A program made the position numbers and the translations under genes. This document shows positions 1 through 14,200 of a stretch of DNA of 64,000 bases, piece after piece (the first letter of the stretch is position 1; each line of letters starts with the position of its first letter). The notes beneath the pieces were generated by a model. It was not told the origin of the DNA. It searched no databases and saw nothing but the letters and a program-made list of their open reading frames with translations. The stretch is taken from NCBI GenBank assembly GCA_030390025.1, contig CM059431.1:146322001-146386000 (forward strand), written 5' to 3'. This DNA is from Squalus acanthias. Lineage: Eukaryota.

Positions 1-13
1 GTATATATATATT

Positions 14-517
14 TTTAAAATTTGTTTATGGGATGTGGGCGTCGCTGGCAAGGCCAGCATTTGTTGCCCATCCCTAATTGCCCTTGAGAAGGTGGTGGTG
101 AGCCGCCTTCTGGATCCGCTGCAGTCTGTGTGGTAAAGTTACTCCCACAGTCCTGTTAGGGAGGGAGTTCCAGGATTTTGACCCAGCGACGATGAAGGAT
201 CGGCGATATACTTCAAAGTCAGGATGGTATGTGACTTGGAGGTGGTGGTGTTCCCATGCGCCTGCTGCCCTTGTCCTTCGAGGTGGAAGAGGTCGCGGGT
301 TTGTGAGGTGCTGCCGAAGAAGCCTTGGCGAGTTGCTGCAGTGCATCTTGTAGATGGTACACACTGCAGCCACTTTACGCTGGTGGTGGAGGGAGTGAAT
401 GTTTAAGGTGCTGGATGGGGTGCCAATCAAGTGGGCTGCTTTGTCCTGGATGGTGTCGAGCTTCTTGAGTGTTGTTGGAGCTGCAGTCATCCAGGCAAGT
501 GGATTGTATTGCATCAC
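14..517 (-). mobile_element. 3' fragment of a non-LTR retrotransposon (CR1/L2-group LINE, RT C-terminus and tail)
   Basis: ORF 74..517 (YNPLAWMTAAPTTLKKLDTIQDKAAHLIG...SWNSLP) is a LINE ORF2 C-terminus; same family as 48770-49460 and 52600-53395. Confidence 0.8.
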
Positions 518-3460
518 AATCCTCTCAGCATCCTATGATGCATCCCATCCGCCCCGGTGATTTATTTACTTTAAGTACAGCCAACCTTTCTCATTCCTAT
601 TTTTAATGAAATTTTATCCTACCAAGTCTCTCTACTACCACCTCCTTCAGTATGTTCATGGCAGCATCCTGTTCCTTGGTGAAGACAGATGCTACGTACT
701 CACCTAGTACCTCAGCTATACCCTCTGACTCCATTCGTGGATCTCCTTTTTGGTTCATAATCGGCCCACTCCTCCCCTTTCTACCCTTTTACTATGTATA
801 TTCCTATAGATGACTTTTGGATTACCTTTTATGTTGGCTGTCAGTCTATTCTCATATTCACTCTTTGCCCCTTTTTTTTCTTTTCACTTCTCCTCTTACC
901 TTTTATATATAGCCTGATTAACAGACGTTTATGCAACCTGAAATCTGTCATACGCTCTCTTTCTGCTTCATCATATTCTCTATATTTCTCGCCATCAAGG
1001 GAGCTCTGATTTTAGTTGCCCTACCTTTCTCCCTCTTGGGAATGTACATCGAATGTACCCGAACTATTTCCTCTTTAAAGGCAGCCCATTGTTCCACTAC
1101 AGTTTTGCCTGCCAATCTTTGATCCTAGTTTTCCCGGCCAGATCCGTTCTCAATCCACTGAAAATGGCCTTCCCCAATAAAACATTTTTACTCTAGATTG
1201 CCCCCTGTATATTTCCATAGCTAATCTAAACCTTCTGATATTATGGTCACTCTTCCCTAAATGTTCTCATACTGACACATGCTCCACTTGACCTACCTCA
1301 TTCCCCAGAACCAGATCCAGCAATGCCTCCACCCTCGTCGGGCCGGAAACATACTGATGAAGAAAGTTCTCCTGAACACACTTCAGAAATCCTTCCCTTC
1401 TCTTCCCTTAACACTATAACACTCCCAGTTTATATAAGGATATTTGAAGTCGCCCATTATTACTCCTCTATAGTCCTTGCACCTCTCTGTAATTTCTCTG
1501 CTAATTCTTTCCTCCATATCGTCGCAATATTTGGTGGTCTATGGAATACACCCAGTAGCGTAATGGCACCTCTATTATTTCTTAACTTTAGCCATATAGA
1601 TTCTGTCATTTACCCCTCCAAGACATCCTCCCTCTCCAGCGCTGTAACATTCTCCTTAAACAATAATGCTACACCACCTCCTATCTTTCCTTCCCTATCT
1701 TTCCAGACACATTATAACCAGGAATATTTAATAACCAATCCTGCCCTTTTTTGAGCCAGGCCTCAGTTACCGACACAACATCTTATTCCCGTGTGGTTAT
1801 TCGTGCCTGCAGCTCATTTACCTTGTTTAATACGCTTGGTGCGCTCACATACATACATTATAAACCCATCTTTGACCATTCTGTATTCTCTCTTTGTTGT
1901 ACCCACCTTATACCTTACTATTTCTTACTTTAGTGCTCTCTGCCTCTCCCAATCCTTTGAGCACTTTATTTCACCTTTCTAACGTTACTTACTGGTGTCC
2001 ATCCATTTGCTAAATTAGTTTAAACCCTCCCCAACAGCATTAGCAAACCTACCCGCGAGTATATTGGCTCCGGTACAGTTGAGGTGCAACCCGTCCGGTC
2101 TGTACAGCTCCCACCTCACCCAGAACCGGTCCCAATGCCTCAGGAATCCGAAACCCTTCCCTTCTCACCATCTGTTCAGCCACGCATTCTTCTGCTCAGT
2201 CCTTCTATTTCTATACTCACTCACGTGTGGCACCGGGAGTACTACCTTTGATGTCCTGAGAGGTTACTAACTTTGAGGTCCTGCTTTTTAAACTCTTTCC
2301 TAGCTCCCTAAAATCTGCCGGCACGGCCTCATCTCCCTTTCTACTTATGTCGTTGGTACCCATATGGACCACGATCTCTGGCTGTTGAACCTCCTCGCTG
2401 AGAATGTTCTGCAGCCGCTCAGTGACATCCTTAACCCTGGCACCAGGGAGGCAACGTGCCATCCTGGAGTCACGTCTGTGGCCGCAGAAACACCTGTCTG
2501 CTCCCCTAACTATCGAATCCCCTATCACTCCCTCTCGTCTTCCTTCCCCCTGTACATCTGAGCCACCCGTGGTGATGCGGACATGGCTCTGGCTGTACTC
2601 CCCATAGGAATCATCGCCCTCACCAGTACTCGGAACAGAATAGTGGCTGGAGAGCGTGATACATTCAGGGGAGTGCTGCACTACCTGCCTTGTCCTCCTT
2701 TTCTGTCTGGTGGTCACCCATTCCCTCTCTGCCTGCACACTCATTAGCTGCGGGGTGACCACCTCCTGAAACATGCTATCCAGGTAGCTCTCAGCCTCAC
2801 GGACGCACCGCAGTGCCGCCAGCTGCTGCTCAAGCTCCGAAACCCAGGGCTCGATCTGCTCCAGCTGACGACACCTCCTGCACACGTGGTTGTCCAGAAC
2901 ACGGGAAGCATCCTGGTGTTCCCACATGGCACAGGATGAGCACTCTTTGTGACTGAGCTGCACTGCCATGCCTCTATTTAATAGACTATTAACTAGCTTT
3001 ACAGAAACTTAAGACTAAGATGTATCTAATTCAAATTATTAATATAACATAGGATTAACAGTTACTAATTTAATATAGTATTAACAGTTAATAATTTAAG
3101 AAAGTATTAACAGTAACACATCTCAAAGTTTCTGTTTTATCTCTAACCAGCTTTTTAAACCCGGCCCCTAGAGGAGCAAGAAAAATATTTTTTTAAACTA
3201 CGTGACCTTTACCAACCAATCAGTTGCCAGGTGTCCTGTGACGTCCTTGTGGTTTTTCTCTCTCTGTCCTGTTCTCTGCGCTCGGTGTCCACCCAGTACC
3301 GCTCTCGCTGCAGCTGCCGCCGGTGTGTCTGGATCGCTCTCTCTCTCCCCACTCTTTAACTCCTCGGTCTCCGCGCTCAGTCTTCACCCAGGGCCGCTCT
3401 CGCTGCTGATGCTACCGGTGAGTCCAGCCCACTTGAGACAGAGGCCAATATTACAATAGC
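518..3460 (-). mobile_element. 5' half of a CR1 LINE (5'UTR, ORF1, decayed ORF2 endonuclease region)
   Basis: ORF1 at 2217-2969 is followed on the minus strand by stop-ridden endonuclease/linker sequence homologous to the CR1 copies at 44790-47235 and 55870-57960. Confidence 0.8.
2217..2969 (-). pseudogene. CR1 ORF1p (Cys-rich zinc finger, coiled coil, SGNH-esterase-like domain), C-terminally disrupted
   Basis: CSSC...CRRC, LEQQLAAL heptads, and the esterase blocks VIGDSIVRG, CLPGARVKDV and VVHMGTND. Confidence 0.8.
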
Positions 3461-3469
3461 CTTTGTAAT

Positions 3470-3835
3470 TAAATTTGTATCTGTCCACTTTCTTTCAGTT
3501 ATTATATAATTGTACACCTACATTTCTCTGCTCTCCACTGTTCCTAACTTCTCGCCATTTTGAAATGACTCTGATCTATCTTTCTTAGGTCCATAGTGGG
3601 TCACCGCACGCTTCACAGCGTCGGATTACATCAGCCACAGCTTTGTCCACTCACTTAATACACCAATGTCCATTTGCTGCTTTATTTTCCATCTGCACTG
3701 CTTACTGTGCGAACTAACTTAGTGTCGTCAGCGAATTTAGAAATACGGCTCCAAATTCCTTCACCCAAGTCATTTATAAAATCGTTAAAAAGTTGAATGT
3801 CCAATACAGATCACTAGGGACATCACTGTTCCCAC
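3470..3835 (-). mobile_element. Old CR1 RT fragment
   Basis: The minus strand reads FINDLGEGIWSRISKFADDTKL around 3715-3780. Confidence 0.7.
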
Positions 3836-3889
3836 TATGTTGCTTTTGAGCACTAGGTTAATTGATATATAAAATTCGTAAGACTTCTT

Positions 3890-4262
3890 ATTGCAATGGT
3901 TTAATAACACATTTCTTACATTGATAAGGCTGATTTCAGTTCCTTTTTGATCAGAGAATATTATTCCACATGCTATTCCTTACTCCCAGTACTGGGGGCG
4001 GTGCAATGAACATTCGCACATGTCCGTTTGACTTTCTGGCCTCTTCCAACAAACGCAGTGAGAAGACTTTCCAGCCCATCTGTCTAAGGATGAGTCAGGC
4101 CTTCCAGAGTCACAAATAACACATTAAAAGTCGTATTCGTACCGCACACATCCTGTGAGCGTCGCACTTACTGTTGAGTCAAATTCATGTACTTTCACAT
4201 ACATTTCCTGTTGCACATAAGATGTCAACGTTCTAGTTTAACCTTTCACTCGCCGTTACTAA
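3890..4262 (+). repeat. Diverged duplicated segment, paralogous to 40515-40890
   Basis: Colinear shared blocks: acattgataa, agagaatatt, ctcccag(t/c)actgggggcg, tgaacattc(g/a)cacatgtc, caacaaacgcagtgagaa, ccgttact. Confidence 0.8.
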
Positions 4263-5531
4263 TAGTGGAGGATTGGGTGGCGCTAATTTAAGAAGACTCA
4301 TTTTTGCAGCTTAGAATATTTGAGAGAGCGTTTATGTAAACGATGGTTAATATTGATTCCACATAATGAACACATGATAGAAACATCGGAGATTAAAACA
4401 GCACGGAGAAGTAGAAGAAGTGTGCGGCCCTCGCAGGATGGGCCCAGTTTGATCAGACAGTGTGTAACCCGGGGAGGATGGGTCCAGAGAGACTCGACAA
4501 TTTGTAACCCGGGGAGGATGGGCCCAGTGAGATCAGACAGTGTGTAACCCTGGGTGGATGGGCCCAGTGAGATCAGACAGTGTGTAACCCGGGGAGGATG
4601 GGCCATTGAGATCAGACAGTGTGTAACCCGGGGAGGATGGGCCCAGTGAGATCAGACGCTGTGTAACCCGGGGAGGATGGGTCCAGTGAGATCAGACTGT
4701 GTGTAACCCGGGGAGGATGGACCCAGTGAGATCAGACAGTGTGTAACCCTGGGAGGATGGGTCCAGTGAGATCAGACTGTGTGTAACCCGGGGAGGATGG
4801 ATCCAGTGAGATCAGACAGTGTGTAACCCGGGGAGGATGGACCCAGTGAGATCAGACAGTGTGTAACCCGGGAGGATGGATCCAGTGAGATCAGACAGTG
4901 TGTAACCCGGGGAGGATGGACCCAGTGAGATCAGACAGTGTGTAACCCGGGGAGGATGGGCCCAGTGAGATCAAACAGTGTGTAACCCGGGGAGGATGGG
5001 TCCAGGGAGATCAGACAGTGTGTAGCCCAGGGAGGATGGGTCCAGTGAGAAGAGACAGCGTCTAACCCGGGGAGGATGGGCGCAGTGAGATAAGACAGTG
5101 TGTAACCCGGGGAGGATGGGCCCAGTGTGATCACACAGTGTGTAACCCGGGGAGGATGGGCCCAGTGAGATCAGACAGTGTGTAACCCGGGGAGAATGGG
5201 CCCAGTGAGATCAGACCGTGTGTAACCTGGCGAGGATGGGCCCAGTGAGATCAGTCAGTGTGTCATCCGGGGAGGATGGGCCCATGAGATCAGTCAGTGT
5301 GTACCCCCGGGAGGATGTTCTCAGCGAGTTCAGACAATGTGTAATGCGGGGAGGATGTGCCAGTGAGATCAGGCAGTGTGTAACTCGGGGAGGATGGGCC
5401 CAGTGAGGTTAGATAGTATGTAACCCGTGGAGTATCGACCCAGTGAGATCAGATTGTGTGTAATCCGGGGAGGATGGGCACATGTGAGATCAGTAAGTGA
5501 GTAACTCGGCTGGATCCGTTCAGTGAGATCA

Positions 5532-8205
5532 TAAGAACATAAGAAATACGAGCAGGATTGGCCATTCGGCCCTTCGAGCCTGCTCCGCCATTCAATGAGA
5601 TCATGGCTGATCTTATGCCTCAACTCCATTCACCGGCCCCATCGCTATATCCCTTGATACCTTACTAGTCAGAAATCGATCAACTTCTGTTTTGAATATA
5701 CCCAATTACTGAGCGTCCACCGCCATCTGAGGTAGATAATTCCAAATATTCACCACCCTCTGTGTGAAGAAATTTCTTCTCATCTCAGTCCTAAATGGCC
5801 TACCCTTTATCTTGAGGCTGTGGCCCCGATTCTATACGCCCCAGACAAGGGATACATTCACCCAGCATCCATCCTATCAGGTCCTGTAATAATTTTTCTA
5901 TGCTTCCATGAGGTCCCCTCTCATCCTTCTGAATTCAAGAAAATAAAGGCCTTGTTTACTAAATCTCTTCTCAAACGACAGTCCCGCCATTCCAAGAATC
6001 TATCTCCTGAACCTTTGTTGCACTCCCTCTATGGCAAGTATATCCTTCCTTATGTAAGGAGACCAAAATTCTGCACAGTACTCCCGGTGTGGTCTCAACA
6101 AGGCCCTATATAATTGGAGTAACACTGCTTTACACCTGTACTCAAATCCTCTTGTAATGAAGGCCAGCACACCATTTGCCTTCCTAATGGCTTGCTGCAA
6201 CTGCACATTCACTTTCAGTGACTCATGTACAAGGACACCCAGGACCCTTTGAGCATCTGCATTCCCCAATCTTTCACCATTTAGGAAATAATCTGCCTTT
6301 CTGTCTTTTCTACCAAAGTGGATAACTTCACATTTATGCACATTATATTCAATCTGCCATGTTCTCGCCCACTCACTGAGCCTGTCGAGAGCCCCTTGAA
6401 GCCTCTTCAAATCCTCTTCGCAACTGACAAAGCCACCAGCTTTGTATCGTCAGCAAATTTGTAAATGTTACATTTAGTCCCCTCATCCAAATCATTGATA
6501 TAGATTGTGAGTAGCTGGGGCCCAAGCACCGATCCTTGCGGTACCGCACCAGTAACAGCCTGCCATTCTGAAAAAGACCTGTTTATCCCTACTCTTCTTT
6601 TTCGGTCTGCTAACCAATGCTAGTTTGTTACCCCCAATTCCATGTGCCCTAATTTTCTTCACCAACCACTTGTGTGGGACCTTGTCAAAGCCCTTCTGAA
6701 AATCCATAGACCCCACATTTACCGGACCCCCCTTTGTCTACTCCACTAGTTACATCCTCAAACCACTGCAATAGGTTTGTCGAACCGGATTTCCCTTTCA
6801 TAAATCCATGTTGACTCTGCCCAATCTTACTATTAGTTTCTAAGTGCCCAGTTATTGCATCCTTTATAATAGATTCCAGCATTTTCCCAACTACTGATGT
6901 GAGGCTAACAGGTCTGTAGTTCCCCGTTATCTCTCTCCCTCCTTTCTTAAATAGCGGGGTTACATTTGCTATCCTCCAATCTGCAGGAACCGTTCCAGAA
7001 TCTATTGAATTTTGGAAGATGACAATCAATGCTTCCACTATTCCAATGGCCACCTCTTTCAAAACCGTAGGATGTAGGTAATCCAATGCTTGGGATTTAT
7101 CGACTTTTAGTCCCATTATTTTTGCTACAACTGCTTTTTTAGGTAATAATAATTTCTTTAAGTTCCTCATTCTCGTCACACCCTTGGGTTTCTCGTCTTT
7201 CTGGGAGGTTTTTGTGTCTTCCTCCGTGAAGACAGAAACAAAGTATTTATTTAAATTATCAACCATTTCCTCATTCCCCATTATAAATTCTCCCGTCTCT
7301 GACTGTAAAGGACCTACATTTACCTTCGCCAATCTTTTCCTTTTCACATACATATAGAAGCTTTTTCAATCTGTTTTTATATTTTTCGCTAGTTTGTGCT
7401 CGTATTCCATTTCCCCTTTCTTTATCAATTTCTTCGTACCCCTTTGCTGATTTCTAAAACGATCCCAATTCTCATGCTGACCGCTTTTTCTGGCAACTTT
7501 ATAAGCTTACTCCTTTGACTTAATACGAGCTTTAATTTCTTTTGTTAGCCATGGTTGGATCACTTTTCCTTTTGGATTTTTATGCCCTAGAGGAATATAT
7601 GTTTGTTGCAAATTATGCATTATATCCTTGAATGTTAGCCATTGTATGTCCATCTTCATACCTTTCAGTGTAGTCTCCCAATCTACCGTGACCAAATTGT
7701 CACTCATACCCTTGTAGTTTCCTCTGTTTAGATTTAGAACGTAGTTTCAGATTGGACGACATCACTCTCAAACTTAATGTAAAATGCAATCATATTCTGG
7801 TCACTTGTCCCTAAAGGCCCCTTTACCACAAGATTATTGATTAGCCCTTTCAAATTAAGCAGTACCAGATCCATTATAGCCTGTTCCCTGGTTGGTTCCT
7901 CCACATACTGATCCAGGAAACCATCTCGCATGCCTTCCACGAATTCGTCCTCCACACCATTTTGGTAATTTGATTTGCTCAGTCAATAAGCAGATTAAAG
8001 TCCCCCATGATTACCGCATTGCCCTTGTTACATGCACTTCAAATCTCTAGATTGTTACTCTGCCCTACATTACCATTACTGTTTGGTGGCCAATACACAA
8101 ATCCCACCAATGTTTTCTGCCCCTGCTGTATCTTAGCTCCACCCAAACTGATTCCAGTTCTACATCATAATCTGCCAAGCCAAGATCTTTTATGTCTACC
8201 GTACC
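5532..8205 (-). mobile_element. 5'-truncated CR1 LINE inserted in the satellite
   Basis: Minus-strand IMGDFNL (EN), NYRPVSLTSVVGKMLE, QHGFMKGKS, DFQKGFDKVPH; (ttcttatg)-type tail at 5532-5547; GATCA on both flanks (5527-5531, 8206-8210). Confidence 0.92.
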
Positions 8206-11200
8206 GATCAGAGAGTTTGTAACTCGGCGAGAATGGTCCCAGTGATATTAGACAGTTGTAACACGGGTAGGAATGGGCACAGTGAGCTCAGATAGTGTGT
8301 AGCCCGTGGAGGATGGGTCCAGTGAGATCAGACAATGAGCAACTCGTGGATGATGGAAAAAGTGATATCAGGCATGGTGTAACGCAGGGAAGATGGGCCC
8401 AGTGACATCAGACAGTGTTTAACCCGGGAAGGATGGGCCTCGTGAGATCAGACTGTTTGTAAACCTGGGAGGATGGGCCAAGTGAGATCAGACAGTGTGT
8501 AACCCCGGGAGGATGGGCCCAGTGAGTTCAGAAAATGAGTAACGCGGGGAAGATGGGCCCAGTTAGATCAGAAATTGTGTAACTCGGGGGTGGGGGGGGT
8601 GGCGTTGTGCCCAGTGAGATCAGATAGTTTGTAACCGTGGGGTATCAGCCCAGTGAGATCAAATAGTGTGTAGCCCGCAGAGGATGTGCCCAGTGAGATC
8701 AGACAGTGTGCAAACCAGGGAGGATGGGTCCAGAGACCTCTTGCAGTGTTTAACCCGGTGAGGATGGGCCCAGTGAGATCAGACAGTGTGTAACCCGGTG
8801 AGGATGGGCCCAGTGAGATCAGACAGTGAGTAACCTGGGGAGGATGTGTCCAGTGAGATCAGACAGTGTGTACCCCGGGGAGGATGGGCCCAGTGAGATC
8901 AGACCGCGTGTAACCCGGGGAGGATGGGCCCAGTGAGATCAGACCGTGTGTAACCCGGGGAGGTTGGGTCCTGTGAGATTAGACAATGTGTAACCCGGGG
9001 AGGATGGGCCCAGTGAGATCAAACACTGTGTAACCCGGGGAAGATGGGCCCAGTGAGATCAGACAGTGTGTAACCCGGGGAGGATGGGCCAAGCGAGATG
9101 AGACAGTGTGTAACCCGGGGAGGATGGGTCCAGTGATTTCGTACAATATGTACCACGCGGATGATCGGCGCAGTGGGATCAGACAGTTTCTCACACTTGG
9201 GGGAGGGGGGATGGTGCCAGTGAGATGAGACATTGTTTAACCCGGGGAGGATGTGTCCAGTTATAGCAGAAATTATATACCACCGGGATGATCGGCGTAG
9301 TGGGATCAGACAGTTTGTAACACGGGGAGGGGTCGGGGCAGTGAGATGAGTCAGTGTGCAACTCGTGGAGGATGGACCAAGTGGAGTTAGACAGGTTGGA
9401 ACCTGGGGAGGATGGCTTTAGTGAGATTAGACCGTGTGTAAACCGGTAAGAAGAGCGCAGTGAGATCAGACAATATGTAACCCGGGGAGGATGGGCCCAG
9501 CGAGATCAGATAGTTTTCAACACGTGGAGGATTGGACGAGTGAGAGCAGAGTGTGTAACCCGATGAGGATGGGCCCTTGTGTGATCATTCAATGAGTAAC
9601 TCGGGGAAGATGGGCCCAGTGAGGTTAGGCAATGTAACCCGGAGAGGATGAGCCCAGTGAGATCAGACAGATTGTAACACGGGGATGATGGACCCAGTGA
9701 GGTCGGACATAGTGTAACCCGGGTTGGATTGGCCCAGTGAAATCAGATAGATTTTACCCGGGGACGATGGGCCCAATGAGATCATAAAATGAGCTACCTA
9801 GGGAGGATGGGCCGAGTGATATTAGGCATGGTTTAACCAAGTGAGGATGGGCCCAGTGAACTCAAACAGTGTGTAACCCGGGGAGGATGGGCCCATTGAG
9901 ATCAGAGAGTGTGTAACCCTGGGAGGATGGGCCCAGTGAGATCAGACATTGTGTTACCCGGGGAGGATGGGACCAGTGAGGTCAGAGAGTGTGTAAATCG
10001 GGAACATGGGTCCAGTGAGATCAGACAGTGTGTAACCCGGGGTGGATGGTCCCAGTGATATCAGACAGTGTGTAACCCGGGGAAGATGGCAACAGTGAGG
10101 TCAGACAATGTGTAACCAGTGGAGCATTGACCCAGTGAGATCATACAGTGTGTAAACAGGGGAGGATGGGCCCAGTGAGACCAAACAGTGTGTATCCCGT
10201 GGATGATGGGCCCAGTGACATTAGACAGTGTGTAACCCGGGGAGGATGGGACCAGTGAGATCAGACAGTGTGTAACAAGTGGAAGATGGACCCAATGAGA
10301 TCAGACAGTGAGTAACCTGGGGAAGATGGCAACAGTGAGGTCAGACAATGTGTAACCAGTGGAGCATTGACCCAGTGAGATCATACAGTGTGTAAACAGG
10401 GGAGGATGGGCCCAGTGAGACCAAACAGTGTGTATCCCGTGGATGATGGGCCCAGTGACATTAGACAGTGTGTAACCCGGGGAGGATGGGACCAGTGAGA
10501 TCAGACAGTGTGTAACAAGTGGAAGATGGACCCAATGAGATCAGACAGTTTGCAACCCTTGGATGATGGGTCCAGTGAGTTCAGAGAGTGCGTAACTCGT
10601 GGAGGATGGGACCAGTGAGATCAGACAGTGTGTAACCCGGGGATGATGGACCCAGTGAAATCAGACAGAGTTTAACTCGGGGTGGATAGTCCCAGTGTGA
10701 ACAGACAGTGTGTAACTCGGAGCGGCTGGACCCAGTGAGATCAGAAAGTCTGTAAACCGGGCAGGATGGGCCAAGCGAGATGAGACAGTGTGCAACCAGG
10801 CGAGAATGGGTCCAGTGATTTCAGAGAATATGTACCCCGGGAAGGATGGGCCCAGTGTGATCGGACAGTGTGTAACCCGTGGACGAAGGGCCCAGTGAGA
10901 TCAGACAGAGTGTAACAGATGTATGATGCGCCCAGTGGGCTCAGACAACGTCCAACCCGGGGAGGATGGGCCCAGTGAGATCAGACAGTGTAGAACTCGG
11001 GGTGGATGGGCCTAGTGAGTTCAGACATTGTTTAAACCAGGGTGGTTGGGCTCAGTGAGATCAGACAGTCTGTAACCAGTGGAGGAAGGGCACAGTGAGA
11101 TCAAACAATGTCTAACCCTGTGAGGATGGGCCCAGTGAGATCCGATAGTGTGTAACGCGGGGAGGATGGGCCCCCTGAGATCAGACGGTGTGTAAACGGG

Positions 11201-14200
11201 GAGGATGGGCCAAGTGAGAAGAGACAGTGTTTAACCCGGGGAGGAAGGGTCCAGTGATTTCAGACAATATGTACCCCAGGGAGCTTGGGCCCAGTGGGAC
11301 CAGAAAGTTTGTAATCCAGGAGGGATGGGGCCAGTGAGATCAGTCAAAGTGTTCCTAGGGGAGGTTGGGCCCAGTGCCATCAGACAGTATGTAACCCGGA
11401 GAGGATGAGCCCAGTGAGATCAGTCATTGCGTATATCTCGGGGAGGATGGGCCCAGTGAGATCAGACAGGTTGGAACCCGGGGTGGATGGGACCAGTGAG
11501 ATCAGAAAAGAAGTAACCGGGGGAGGATGTGCCCAGTGAGAACAGATATTGTGTAACCCGTGGAGGATGTGTCCAGTGAGGTCAGACAGTGTGTAACCCG
11601 GGGAGGATCGGCATAATGAGATCAAACAGTTTGTAACCTGTGGAGGATGTGCCAGTGAGATCAGACAGTGTGTAACCCGGGGAGGATATGTCCAGTGAGA
11701 TCAGACAGTGTGTAAACCGGGGGTGATGGGCCCAGCGAGATCAGACAGTTTGTAACCTGGGGCGGATGGGCCCAGTGAGATCAGACAGTGTGTAACCCGG
11801 GGAGGATGTGTCCTGTGAGATCAGACAGTTTGTAAACCGGGGAGGATGTGCCCAGTGAGATCAGACAGTGTGTAACCCGGGGAGGATGGGCCCAGTGAGA
11901 TCAGACAGTTTGCAACCCTGGGAGGATGGGTCCAGTGAGATCAGACAGTGTGTAACCCGGGTAGGATTGGTCCAGTGAGATCAGTGATGTGTATTCCGGA
12001 GGCATGGTCCCACTGAGAGCAGACAGTTTGTAACCCCGGGATGTAGGGCACAGTGTGAACAGCCAATGTGTAACACGGGGAAGATGTGCCCAGTGAGATA
12101 AGACATTGTGTAACCCGGGGAGGAATGGGGCCAGTGAGCTCATGCAGTTTGTAACCCGGTGTAGGATGGTTCCAGTGAGATCAAACAGTGTAAAACGCGG
12201 GGAGGATGGGCCCAGTGAGATCATACAGTGTGTAACCCGGGGAGGATGGGCCCAGTGAGAAGAGACAGTGTGTAACCCGGGGAGGATGGGCCCAGTGCGA
12301 TCAGACAGTGTGTAACAAGTGGAGGATGGACCCAGTGAGATCAGACAGTTTGCAACCCTGGGATGATGTGTCCAGTGAGTTCAGAGAGTGCGTAACTCGT
12401 GGAGGATGGGCCCAGTGAGATCAGACAGTGTGTAACCCGGGGATGATGGACCCAGTGAGATCATACAGAGTTTAACTCGGGGTGGATGGTCCCAGTGTGA
12501 TCAGACAGTGTGTAACCCGGAGCGGCTGAACCCAGTGTGATCAGAAAGTCTGTAAACCGGGGAGGATGGGCCAAGCGAGATGACTCAGTGTGTATCCAGG
12601 CGAGGATGGGTCCAGTGATTTCAGAGAATATGTACCCCGGGAAGGATGGGCCCAGTGCGATCGGACAGTGTGTAACCCGTGGAGGATGGGCCCAGTGAGA
12701 TCAGACAGAGTGTATCAGATGTAGGATGCGCCAAGTGAGTTCAGTCAACGTCCAACCCGGGGAGGATGGGCCGAGTGAGATCAGACAGTGTGTAACTCGG
12801 GGTGGATGAGCCCAGTGAGATCAGACAGTGTGTAACTCGGGGTGGATGGGCCCAGTGAGATCAGACATTGTTTAAACCGGGGGGGTTGGGCTCAGTGAGA
12901 TCAGACTGTCTGTAACCCGTGGAGGAAGGGCACAGTGTGATCAAACAATGTGTAACCCTGTGAGGATGGGCCCAGTGAGATCAGACAGTGTGTAACCCGG
13001 AGAGGATGTGCCAAGTGAGAAGAGACAGTGTGTAACCCGGGGAGGAAGGGTCCAGTGATTTCAGACAATATGTACCCCAGGGAGCTTGGGCCCAGTGGGA
13101 CCAGAAAGTTTGTAATCCAGGAGGGATGGGGCCAGTGAGATCAGTCAAAGTGTTCCTAGGGGAGGTTGGGCCCAGTGCCATCAGACAGTATGTAACCCGG
13201 AGAGGATGAGCCCAGTGAGATCAGTCATTGCGTATATCTCGGGGAGGATGGGCCCAGTGAGATCAGACAGGTTGGAACCCGGGGTGGATGGGACCAGTGA
13301 GATCAGAAAAGAAGTAACCGGGGGAGGATGTGCCCAGTGAGAACAGATATTGTGTAACCCGTGGAGGATGTGTCCAGTGAGGTCAGACAGTGTGTAACCC
13401 GGGGAGGATCGGCATAATGAGATCAAACAGTTTGTAACCTGTGGAGGATGTGCCAGTGAGATCAGACAGTGTGTAACCCGGGGAGGATATGTCCAGTGAG
13501 ATCAGACAGTGTGTAAACCGGGGGTGATGGGCCCAGCGAGATCAGACAGTTTGTAACCTGGGGCGGATGGGCCCAGTGAGATCAGACAGTGTGTAACCCG
13601 GGGAGGATGTGTCCTGTGAGATCAGACAGTTTGTAAACCGGGGAGGATGTGCCCAGTGAGATCAGACAGTGTGTAACCCGGGGAGGATGGGCCCAGTGAG
13701 ATCAGACAGTTTGCAACCCTGGGAGGATGGGTCCAGTGAGATCAGACAGTGTGTAACCCGGGTAGGATTGGTCCAGTGAGATCAGTGATGTGTATTCCGG
13801 AGGCATGGTCCCACTGAGAGCAGACAGTTTGTAACCCCGGGATGTAGGGCACAGTGTGAACAGCCAATGTGTAACACGGGGAAGATGTGCCCAGTGAGAT
13901 AAGACATTGTGTAACCCGGGGAGGAATGGGGCCAGTGAGCTCATGCAGTTTGTAACCCGGTGTAGGATGGTTCCAGTGAGATCAAACAGTGTAAAACGCG
14001 GGGAGGATGGGCCCAGTGAGATCATACAGTGTGTAACCCGGGGAGGATGGGCCCAGTGAGAAGAGACAGTGTGTAACCCGGGGAGGATGGGCCCAGTGCG
14101 ATCAGACAGTGTGTAACAAGTGGAGGATGGACCCAGTGAGATCAGACAGTTTGCAACCCTGGGATGATGTGTCCAGTGAGTTCAGAGAGTGCGTAACTCG

